Assembly: GCF_006345805.1 (NCBI RefSeq)
Contig: NC_043006.1
Span: 1,922,001 to 1,986,000 of the forward strand
Source: Octopus sinensis
Taxonomy: Eukaryota
Length of the DNA stretch: 64,000 nucleotides
Reading direction: 5' to 3'
Part shown: piece after piece, positions 1-9,781 of the stretch
How the letters are laid out: every line of letters begins with the position of its first letter
Numbering within the stretch: the first letter of the stretch is position 1
The notes under the pieces: generated by a model
Told to the model about the DNA's origin: nothing
Database searches by the model: none
What the model saw: only the letters and a program-made list of their open reading frames with translations
Translations under genes and position numbers: made by a program

Positions 1-564
1 AGCCTCATTACTTAAATGTGCATTCACCTAGAAAATGGACCTTAACACAGCTGACCTGTCTGATTTGGATGAAACCAATCTCTCCCATGCAGCAGAGTGA
101 TTCTACGTCATGGCCAGGTACCATGTTTGACCAACAGCCAACAGCTGTTCCTAGTCAAAGATGGCAGCACATACATGACTTTGTATATTTACTTTTTGTG
201 GCAAGAATAACATTTCTTTTTTTCTGGTCATTAATGATGCCATCTCTGACACTCGTTGGCCAATGGCTGGTCATTAGAAAAGGTAAATGACGAGGCAATA
301 GAATACATGTTAGATGTGAGTTTCATTCTGACCTGGAGAAAAGGAAAGAGGGAAACCGTTTTGTTAATAGAAAGGAAGGTGGGAGCAAATGAATGATACA
401 ACGACAATAATCATTATACTCTTAGCTTGTGTCTATGTTAGAGATCAATAATATTGACTATAGAGAGAGAGGGTATTTGATTTTGGTGTTCCATTGGTTG
501 GCCCTGGTTTTGGGTCTTCCTGTATCAGCATTTATTTGTATGCTTTTATATCTCATTCATTCAG

Positions 565-790
565 ACCACTCAGCTGGCCAAAATGAGTTGTGCCTGTACT
601 TCAAAGGGCCAGCCTTGTCACATACTGTGCCATGCTTGAATCTCCATGAGAATTATGTTAAGGGTACACATGTCTGTGGAGTGTTCGGCCACATGCACGT
701 TAATTTCACAAGCAGGTTGTTCTGTTGATCGAATCAACCGGAACGCTTGTTTTCATAACTCATGGAGTGCCAGGCATATCGTATTCAGGT
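565..790 (+). mobile_element. SINE family B, 5'-truncated copy
   Basis: ccactcagctggcca...tcaaagggccagccttgtcac...gtctgtgga matches copies at 2140-2690, 39360-39685 and 40195-40480. Confidence 0.7.
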
Positions 791-2139
791 TTTATGGAAA
801 TCCACCACACCCTATATAACTAGATTTTCTTATGTCCCCTTTCATCCAATAATGTCCTAATGGCAATTAAAAGAAACCATTATTGCTATTGTTGCTGTCA
901 TTTTAAACCTTACTGGGCCTGTCTGAAATGTTTGTAGAGCAATAAAAAAACTCATTAAGCACACACTCAGTGTACAAACATTGGTGACTCATCGAGGTGT
1001 CCAATAGCTATTGTCGCAAGTAGGACAGATCTAGCTGTCAACCAATTCTATGATGGGAATTACTCTACCTTCTTTTTACTGGGAAGGGCAGGTAGGTGGG
1101 ATTTTTTCTTTACTTCTGTCTAGTAACTATGAAGAAAGAGTTATGATTACGTTGAGTCCCAGCACTTGACTGGTACTTTATTTTATCAACCCTGAAAGGG
1201 TTCCTTGGTGGAATATTAACTCAGAATGTAAACAGCTGGAAGAAACGACCCTGACCATTTTGTCCAACAGGGCCAAGAGCAGTAATTATTTGGGAGGTAA
1301 GTTGTCAGTTAAATCAATAGCAATACTCAACAGGTCCTTTATTTTATCAACCCCAAAGGATGATAAACAAAATTAACCTCGGCAAGATCTGAGCTGAAAG
1401 CATAAGGAGTGTACAAGAGGTGAATTAAGAGTTGGGCTTTACCAGATTAGGAAGTATATTTAAATGTGTGCACGTAAGAAGGTCTGAAATGTATAAATGC
1501 ATGTTTTACAGAAAGGTAACGATTAAAATCAGAAGGTAATGCTTTTGGTAAACAAACATAATTTACTCCTTGCTCACACATGAAGTAGCTGGCACAACAG
1601 AGATAAACGTACAAGACAATAGGGTGTAGGGGGCATGAGTTAATTCCTTAATGCACATCAAGGAAGTTAGCTCCGGTACTTGGCTGCAAATCTAAAATAT
1701 CCAATAAGTTTTGGAGTGGTAGTGAGGTGAGGTATAAATCCCACAGTGTGTTGAGCTAGATGAGCCACAAGCTCGTCGATAGATTAGTGTCTACATCTGA
1801 ATGGGATAAAGCAAAGCAGTGATGAAAGGGCACCAGATGTTAACATTCCGACATTTAGACAACGACTGGATAAAATGCCTTTGAAAAACACGTGGTATTA
1901 CTCTGGGCAGAAGTCGTCATGTGTATTCCTCTGCCGTTAGCTTTCAAAGAGTGGAGGAATGTACCACCAATGTGCTGCTACGCTGGACTAAATGCTGCAT
2001 GACCTTTTTATCCAAAGCTGTTGTGATTCCTTTAGCATTTGAACAGGTCATATTTAACCCTAAATTTTCTACCTGTTTAATATTTAAATTGGCTAAATCT
2101 GGCCTCTCACCTGTACCTAACAATGTCATTCAAAATGTG

Positions 2140-2690
2140 AAGGTGCTGGCTTAGTGTTAGGGTATTCAACTCACAATTGTAAGGCTGTGAGTTCAATTCC
2201 CAGCTACGTGTTGTGTCCTTGGGCAAGACATTTTATTTCACATTGCTCCAATTCATTCAGCTGGCAAAACTGAGTAGTTCTTGTATTTCAAAGGGCCAGC
2301 CTTGTCACATTCTGGGTCACGTTGAATTTCCCTAAGTTAAGGGTACATGTAAGGCGGCAAGCTGGCAGAGTGATTAGCACGCTGGACGAAATGCTTAGTG
2401 GTATTTCGCTCGTTGCTACGTTCTGAGTTCAAATTCCGCCGAGGTCAACTTTGCTTTTCATCCTTTCGGGGTCAATAAATTAAGTACCAGTTACGCACTG
2501 GGGTTGATGTAATCAACTTAATCCGTTTGTCTGTCCTTGTTTGTCCCCTCTGTGTTTAGCCTCTTGTGGGTAGAAAAGAAATAGGTACGTGTGTCTGTGG
2601 AATGCTCAGCCACTTGCATATTGGTTTTACGAACAGGCTGTTCTTTTGATTGGATCAACTGGAAGCCTTGTCTTCATCACCAATGGTGTA
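2140..2690 (+). mobile_element. tRNA-derived SINE family B, interrupted by a SINE A insertion
   Basis: A-box-like tggcttagtgttagg, B-box gagttcaattccc, gtgtccttgggcaagaca core; the sequence resumes after 2582. Confidence 0.75.
2351..2582 (+). mobile_element. tRNA-derived SINE family A, full length, nested in SINE B
   Basis: Head aaggcggcaagctggcagag, B-box gagttcaaattcc, tail ...gtgggtagaaaagaaata; flanks ggtacatgt/ggtacgtgt look like a 9-bp TSD. Confidence 0.8.
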
Positions 2691-3499
2691 CCAGTTTTTT
2701 TTCTGTTCAAAACAGTAGCAATTGCATCACTGAAAACTCAAAGCTACATGATTAATGCATGATTAATTCAAACCAATGTGAATGAACATGCATTACATTT
2801 GACAGAGTAATCTGAATGCTACATGGTTAAATACTTTCTTACACAGACACAACGCTACAAATTTGGGCATGGTGTGGGAGCATGTTACGGTCAATTAACA
2901 GAACCCCAGTATTTTATTAGTTACTTATTTTATCAATGCAAAAAGGATTAACGGTAATGCTGACCTCAGCATGGCTTTCAGCTCAGAATGTGAAGTGGGT
3001 TTAACTAAATACTCATAAGGCATTTCATCTGACTGTGATAGGAGCTGGATTGGTGCTCAAAGACACTGGTTTTGTCAGAGTGGAGCAGGGGTCAGCATTC
3101 TACTGTCACCCCAGCCGTTGTTTGGAAGGGAATCGAATGGTAAGGGCGGTGGGGGTGGGGGTGAGGGTGGGAAGTATGGGTGTCAATGCTGGAATTAGTG
3201 GGAAGTTTCAACCGAGACTGGGTAACTGGTGTAGTGGTTTGGTTTGATGGTGGGGAATTACTAGAAACCTTTTCCTTGGGGGTGATGTGTCATAAGGAAA
3301 CTCCCTAATGGCATGTGAAGTTGAGACTTGAGAGAGAGAGAGAGAGTAAGAGGAGCCTGTGAAGGTGGTGGAGTGAGGGCAGTGGGAGAGATGCGGAGGG
3401 GAGGGGATAATTGAGTGTAGGGGAATTAATGTAGGTGTGGCTGGCAGGCTGATCTGTTTGGTACTTGCTCCTGCTGTCACATAACAGTGGTGGTGGGGT

Positions 3500-3711
3500 A
3501 GCAGAGGTGACTTTGGTGGCAATGGTGATGATAGTGGTGGTGGTGATGGTGGTGGTGGTGGTGGTGGTGGTGGTGGTGGTGGTGATGGTGGTGGTGGTGG
3601 TACTGACACTGACGAAGGTGGTGCTGCTGGTGCCGGCTGAGGTGGTGGTGGTGATGCTGGTGGTGACAGTGGCAGTAGTGGTGGTGGGAACCTTGGTCAT
3701 GGTCTTGGCAG

Positions 3712-3760
<49 letters not shown>

Positions 3761-3904
3761 AGTGGCTGTGGTGTTGGAATGGTTGATGTAGATAAATATG
3801 GTAAAGAGAATAAAGTGGGTTGGTGGAATGCAGGGGTGAAGGGTGGTACGCAAAAAACATGGGCTACTCAAGAGTCATGAAAGGGAGAGAGAGAGAAAGG
3901 GGAA

Positions 3905-3949
<45 letters not shown>

Positions 3950-4094
3950 AAAACAGAGAGTAAAAGAGAGAAACAGAGAAGCAGAGAGAGAGAGAGAGAG
4001 TATCATTGTTACAAAGTGAGAACATGATATGAATAAAATTAGTGTTGGGTGAGGAACGGATGGCAGAAATAGATATAATAAATGGTGGGGAGGA

Positions 4095-4127
<33 letters not shown>

Positions 4128-4200
4128 AGTGAGAAGGAGTTAATAATTATGAATAGCGGTGGTGGTGGTGGTGGTGGTGGTGGTGGTGGTGGAAGGACAA
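3500..4200. repeat. Compound (GGT)n/(GAT)n/(GA)n/(GATA)n microsatellite tract
   Basis: Directly visible; explains the poly-V/M/H/T/P ORFs. Confidence 0.95.
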
Positions 4201-4339
4201 AAAGGGAAGCATGTGAGAATCAATATTCTCCCTTCTATTCTTGTCTAGCATATATATGTGTATATATATATTAACGTTTGTTTTTATGTTCGGTTAGCAT
4301 ACACACAAACACACACACACACACACACGCATGCATGTA

Positions 4340-4480
4340 TATTAATGTTTGCTTTTATGTTCAGTTATAATAAAAACAATTTTACATTAATCTGAAGGGT
4401 TACTCTGTACTTTTTGTTGAGTACAAATATATTATTCTTAAAGAAAAATATCATTGATAGTGACTTCGCAGTTTCAGCCA
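4340..4480 (+). repeat. Unclassified dispersed repeat (second copy ~46995-47110)
   Basis: tttatgttcag.tataataaaaa...tttacattaat.tga.gggtta.tct shared between the two loci. Confidence 0.55.
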
Positions 4481-4482
4481 CC

Positions 4483-4674
4483 GATTAAGTCGATTACATC
4501 AACCCCAGTGCATAACTGGTACTTAATTTATTGACCCCGAAAGGATGAAAAGCAAAGTCGACCTCGGCAGAATTTGAACTCAGAACGTAGCAACGAGCGA
4601 AATACCGCTAAGCATTTCGTCCAGCGTGCTAACCACTCTGCCAGCTTGCCACCTTACATGTACCCGTAACTTAG
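4483..4674 (-). mobile_element. SINE A copy that is an inverted local duplicate of 2332-2523
   Basis: Reverse complement includes the host flank ctaagtta.gggtacatgt and the same diagnostic substitutions. Confidence 0.8.
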
Positions 4675-4699
4675 TTCATTGGTAGTTTTGGGTAGTCTC

Positions 4700-5400
4700 T
4701 GCTGAGTAAAAAAACCTTCCTTGGATATTTGGATTTTAGTAGAGTTGCAATTAGGTTGTTGGTTGGGTTATGGCCGAGAGGTGTTTTGGAGAAACTTTTG
4801 TTGATTAAATTCGGGGTTATGTTATTGTTTAGGATTGTAAGCAGGTGTATACATTTAGGTGTATTCCCTTCAGGTCATGGGGTTGATGTTTTAGTGGTTC
4901 ACGAAAAGGTTACGGATAGGTCCAGGATGTACCAATAGTTTTAGTTATTTTGGATTTAATTCTTTCCATTGACAATGTAAAGGTCAAAGGTTTAAAGTTT
5001 AGTCCAATATTTAAAAACTTAGTAACTGGGTGTATCAAAGGTTTTGTAATGAAATTTTTTAAGGGTTCACAAAAGAATATGGGTTGGTGGTATTTTTTAG
5101 CAAGTCAATTTCTTTACTTGATGCTGTGTTATTCAGGGGTTTCCTGTTTGCAGGTGAGGGGTATTAGTCTGACATGTCATGGTGTTCTTAGTATAGAAAT
5201 GTGTTTATCTTGTGCTTCAAGAAGGTGTTGTTGGTCTGTATGTTTCTCTCTAAGGGTTCATTGCTTTATAAGGAATTTGATTGACGTGTAAAAATGTTAA
5301 CCTTTGTGTTTATGGAAGCAGAGTTTGCAGATTATGTATTCATAAATATTTCTTCAATTGTTTGAAACGTGGGTGTTCTATAACATATTAGTTTAGACCT
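4700..5400 (-). pseudogene. Degraded Penelope-like element, N-terminal ORF region
   Basis: Minus strand NFITKPLIHPVTKFLNIGLNFKP fits the PLE N-x3-KPL-x10-GLNF-x-P motif; strong G/T strand skew; many stops. Confidence 0.45.
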
Positions 5401-6189
5401 ATGGATATATGGGAAAGTGGGGCATTATAAAAAGTGTGTAGATATTCATGTATAAAAATGGGAATAAAATTTAATTTTAAAAATTTGTTTAAAATTTTAA
5501 ACTTGAAAAAAATTAAAAACAAAATAGAATTAAAAGAGAAAAGGGTCTTCCAACTTAGTTGCATACAAATTTATATTTATGTGTTTGTGTGTGTGTGTGT
5601 GTGTAGGTTTGTGGACTTATATTAAAAGATTTTTTATTGGGATTTTGGTCAGAGATAGGGAAACTTTTAGATAAGTACCTGTTTAGAGTAAAACTGTAAA
5701 AATGTTTTTTTTTTTAATGGATACTTTATGGTGTAGGTGGAAGGAAAGAAGTTGGTGAGATATTTACCTGTTTAGCAATTAGAAAAAATAATTGGTTTGA
5801 AATGTTTTAGTAATTTATAAGATTTTATGGTTGCATGATGAGACTAGTTCAGAATTTGATTCTTGAATTTGAGAATGTGGTAGGATTCATTAGTACAAGG
5901 TTCGCATGGTTTGTTGTTACTTTGTTACGAAAAGTGTACATGTGTTGGTTATATTGTATTTTGAACTGGTTTGCTATAGATTCTATATATGTAGATATAG
6001 TAGTTGGTATCATGTTCGTGGTTACTGTTGTGCTGTATACAATATTTCTTGGACCTAGAAATGAGGAATGAACAAGACTGCTAGAGTTCTGTGTTGCAAA
6101 TGATCTCATGGTCTGTAAATACTAACTTCATAAAAACCAACCAGCCACCTAATCTGGTGAGCACATAAGCTGCATAAAAAAGTACCAAC

Positions 6190-6345
6190 CACTGAAAGCA
6201 GATGGTACCTTTGGTGGAGGGAGACCCAAGAAGATATGAGATGAAGTGGTAAGGCCTGATCTCAGTGTTGGGCTTCACAGAGAAAATGACAATGGATTGA
6301 GATGTCTGGCGATATGAAGTTCTTGAGAAGACCTGCCCATGTCAG
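6190..6345 (+). mobile_element. Old RTE LINE 3' ORF fragment
   Basis: Decayed GRP.K.WDEVV..DL...G.TE.MT...VWRY.VLEKT, like 12530-12660. Confidence 0.6.
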
Positions 6346-7194
6346 CAAAACTGAGTTCTAGAAGCACTGTGTGTCCCACCCACACAAGAAAACTTCTCAA
6401 ACACTCTACCACAACCAACCAAACTACATCTCTACACCTCTTCTCTTCCTCACATTTCTGCTTCATGCACTATGCTTACCACTCACTCCCCTATCCTACC
6501 TACTTGGCCCTGTGTCACTCTATCATTTTTTTTTTATTGATATATAATAATCTCCAATGTCAAACTGGAAGAAATGACATTCAGTTTTGTTTGGGATCAG
6601 ACGAACCAACCTATTACTTCATATGTGTTATTCCAGGGAGGTAATGTTGATTCTGTTTTTATTTCTTTTGGCTAATGATGCCTGCATCCAGTTTCAATGG
6701 ATTTACAAATCTGTTGGATGGGTTGCCATTGATGATTGGCTTGTGCTCCTTCATGGTTATATATGGACATGAAAGTGTTAGTGTGTCTACTCTATCATCT
6801 GCTTTAAGTTTAGTGGATACTTCTTCTTTCGCTGTGGTGTACACAGCCAAAGAAATATCATTTAAAGCTGCATATTTTGTTGTTGTTGTTTCTTATAAGT
6901 TACTAAAACATTTCAAATTGTGTTAGAGAGAAAGTAGTTCTAAGTAGTTTGACTTATCAAGCAGAGGTTGTCTGTCTTGTCCGATTTTACAAATATATTT
7001 GGGTTTGTTTTTATGAGGTTGATTTTCTGCTTCAGTTTGCTGGTTTGCTTGTTAAATTTTATTTGCACGGTCGGTCATAGTGAACAGGTCATCTTCAAAG
7101 AGCTGTAGCAGAGACCATATAAAGCCAAGATTAACTTCAATACATTGCAGGTCGAATAATAGCTTTGATGTTCTTGTTTAAGAATAATACATGC

Positions 7195-7520
7195 CTTTTC
7201 TCTTTTACTTGTTTCAGTTATTAGACTGTGACCATGCTGGGGCACTGCCCTGGGGAATCTTATTCACATCAATCGGCCTCTATACTTATTTTATTTTTTT
7301 TAAGCCTGATACTTATTTTGTTGGTCTTTTTTGCTGTATCGCTAAGTCACTGTGATTATATAGATAGATAGATAGACAGATAGATAGATAGATAGACAGG
7401 GTTTCTTTCGGTTACCATCTTTCTTTCAGTTTCAACTCATAATGCTTTGGTTGGTCTGAGGCTATAGTGGAAGACACTTACCCAAGGTACCACGCAGTGG
7501 GATTGAACCAGCAGTGAGAT
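7195..7520 (-). mobile_element. tRNA-derived SINE family D with internal (GATA)n
   Basis: tttcttttacttgtttcag tail and gaagacacttacccaagg core; homologous to 25763-26215. Confidence 0.75.
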
Positions 7521-7851
7521 TCATTGTGGCATTATCTGTGAGTCTGAAGTCATGAAAAGACTTGGATGCCAATATCTGTGCAAGTGGACAGAGGTTCAGG
7601 TTCTTTTGCTCTCTGGTCTTCCCTATTTTGAGACTTGGACAATGAGTGAGAGCCTTGGGAACTGCCTGAACTCCTTTGGTACTGGTATATTTTTCAAGAT
7701 TATAGGTTATCATTGGTCACTGACGATCCAGCTGGGATGACAGCTTGTTTTGGTTGACCACAAGCTACATAATCATTGCAGATGAGGAGATATATTGTAG
7801 AAATGGAGATTAATTGGGAGTCATTATTTACATTCGGATATTTGTCCTCAT

Positions 7852-7883
7852 CACAACGTTTCAGCTGATATATCCTCCAGCCT
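7852..7883 (-). ncRNA. 3' half of a minimal hammerhead ribozyme (CUGANGA half absent)
   Basis: Minus strand GGCTG-gaggatatat-CAGCT GAAA CGTT GTG. Confidence 0.45.
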
Positions 7884-7911
7884 GGTTCTCCATTCCTAAG
7901 GTATTTTTCGA

Positions 7912-7968
7912 TGCTGGAATCGAACTTGGAATCAGTAGCCCGTGCTCTTAACCACTACGCCATATGCC
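7912..7968 (-). promoter_or_regulatory. tRNA-like Pol III A/B box segment in the PLE 3' end
   Basis: Minus strand TGGCGTAGTGG (7962-7952) and AGTTCGATTCC (~7926-7916). Confidence 0.55.
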
Positions 7969-7999
7969 TGTGGGCAATTATGGAGTGAATTTTAGGGCT

Positions 8000-8885
8000 T
8001 ATAAATCTAATATTTTCCTATCCTTCCTTAACACCGGTTCCCATATGCTACTCATATCTGCACTCGGTCTGCTAAGGAGGTTGTTGTGTTCTAGCATATG
8101 TGCTGCTTCTTTTAGTTTTTGTATTTTCATCCCACAAGGGGAGGTGGTCTCCATTTTTCCACACATGATTAGTTACACCCAATTTATCAATATCTCCTCA
8201 TGTCACAGCTTTGCAATGTTTGTCTACCCTTATTTTGAGAGGGCGGCTTGTCTCGCCTTTGTATAACCTACCACAGCTGCACGGGATGGAGTACACACAG
8301 TCTTTGGTCATATTCTCTTCTATTGGTAGTTTCACTTGAAGGAGATATTTGCGAAGTATTGCTCTTGAATACTGTCCTGATGTCACATGGGCCGCATATC
8401 TTTTGTATCTTTTCTGAGAGGCCTTTCACACAGGGTAGACAGACTGTGGACAGTGTATTGGCCTCATCCTCTCTTTTCTTCATAACTGGAGTGGAGAGTA
8501 TGTTTTGCGGGTAGTTGTTGCTTAATAGATTGTTATTAAGCTTGATCATTTCTTCATGGTGTGTATCACGACCACTACTTATATTCTTTGCTCGATGTTT
8601 TAGGCACTGAGCAATCCTTCCCTTTACACTGTATGGATGGTGGGAATTGAAGTTGAGGTATTGTCCAGTAAAGGTCGGCTTGCAGTATATGGATGTCTTG
8701 AATCCATACTTGGTGTGAGTTATTAATACATCCAGGAATGCCAGCAGATTATCAGTTTCCTTCTTCATTGTGAACTGTATGGATGGCTTTATTGTGTTCA
8801 CATGGTCTAACAGCACTTGGACATCTTCTTGGTGGGGCCAGAGTATAAAGGTGTCATCAACATATCGTAGCCATAGTGATTTTCC
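8000..8885 (-). pseudogene. PLE RT/GIY-YIG ORF, disrupted
   Basis: ORF-track 8268..8816 and 8198..8386 are successive frames; terminal ...LRKDRKILDL* near 8000. Confidence 0.85.
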
Positions 8886-8999
8886 TAAATCCTTTGGTAT
8901 AAATCAAATTGAGTATGATCATTTCTTAGTATTTGAACTGTTAGAGTTATTTTCACAATTTATCCAGTACAACCCTTAAGCAAGTAAATAGTATTTTCC

Positions 9000-9771
9000 T
9001 AAACAATAGATCCACTTATTTCGTTTAGTGACTTATTCACAAATATACCAACACTAGCCCCACTAAGGGTAATATTCTCTGGGAATGCACAAAAGCCCTT
9101 TTTAGAGTTATTTACTTTGAGTTGTTATTATTTCATATATGATTAGCCAGGTATTACATAACATGATTCCCGATTTTAGTATACATACCTTATTAGTATT
9201 TCACATACCTTATTAGTATTTCAATATATATACCTTATTAGTATTTCAGTAGAGCTGAAAAAGTGGTAATTTCTACTCTTCTCCTCTGGAAGCCATCTAC
9301 TCGCAATACCAGAGGGTGCACACTCTCCTACCCTGATGTAATCTCCAGGGATACAGGCATCCAGCAACAGGACCTCCGTAATGTCATGATGGACCGTGAA
9401 GTCTGGCGTAGCATAGTAAATTCCATTGTCTCGACCACGGTTGGTCGGTAGTATTTCCTCCTAAGATCTATATACTCTGGGAACACATTAAAGCCCTTTT
9501 CGGGGCTACTTTATTTGAATTCTTACTATCGGGTAACTAATTTCATGTTATTACATAACAGATTTCACAATTTGGGTATTCATAACTTATTGGGAATTCC
9601 TAAAAACAAGATCCTGTGTAAGACAGTTTGGTATTCTCAGTAATTACACTAAAACTGTTTTAAGTACTACATACTTTGTATTGTTGTTATTGGGTGAGTG
9701 AAACAGTTATGAGAATGGAACTAAGGGATAAGACCCGCTTTCCTGGGAATTACCGGGTATGTCAGCTAGTA
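9000..9771 (+). mobile_element. Putative non-autonomous Helitron-like 3' region with internal subrepeats
   Basis: Ends acccg...cgggt hairpin followed by ...gctag|t; repeated ctctgggaa..aaagccctttt blocks. Confidence 0.35.
9249..9449 (+). mobile_element. RTE LINE family 2, 3' fragment
   Basis: Near-identical to 23824-24020; flanked on both sides by tagtatttc. Confidence 0.85.
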
Positions 9772-9781
9772 TATATATATA

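Larger units (their letters stand above)
7810..8885 (-). mobile_element. 5'-truncated Penelope-like retroelement (RT C-terminus + GIY-YIG endonuclease + 3' end)
   Basis: WLRYVDDTF, IQFTM.KE...L.FLDV, KPTFTGQYLNFNSHHP, then CVYSIPCSCGRLYKGETSRPL GIY-YIG; frameshifts and stops present. Confidence 0.9.

Noticed and set aside
3040-3300. Possible PLE terminal fragment with HHR-like remnant (minus strand ctgacaaaaccag)
   Set aside because: Too degraded to support
3208-3871. Poly-P/H/T/V/M ORFs
   Set aside because: Translations of trinucleotide microsatellites
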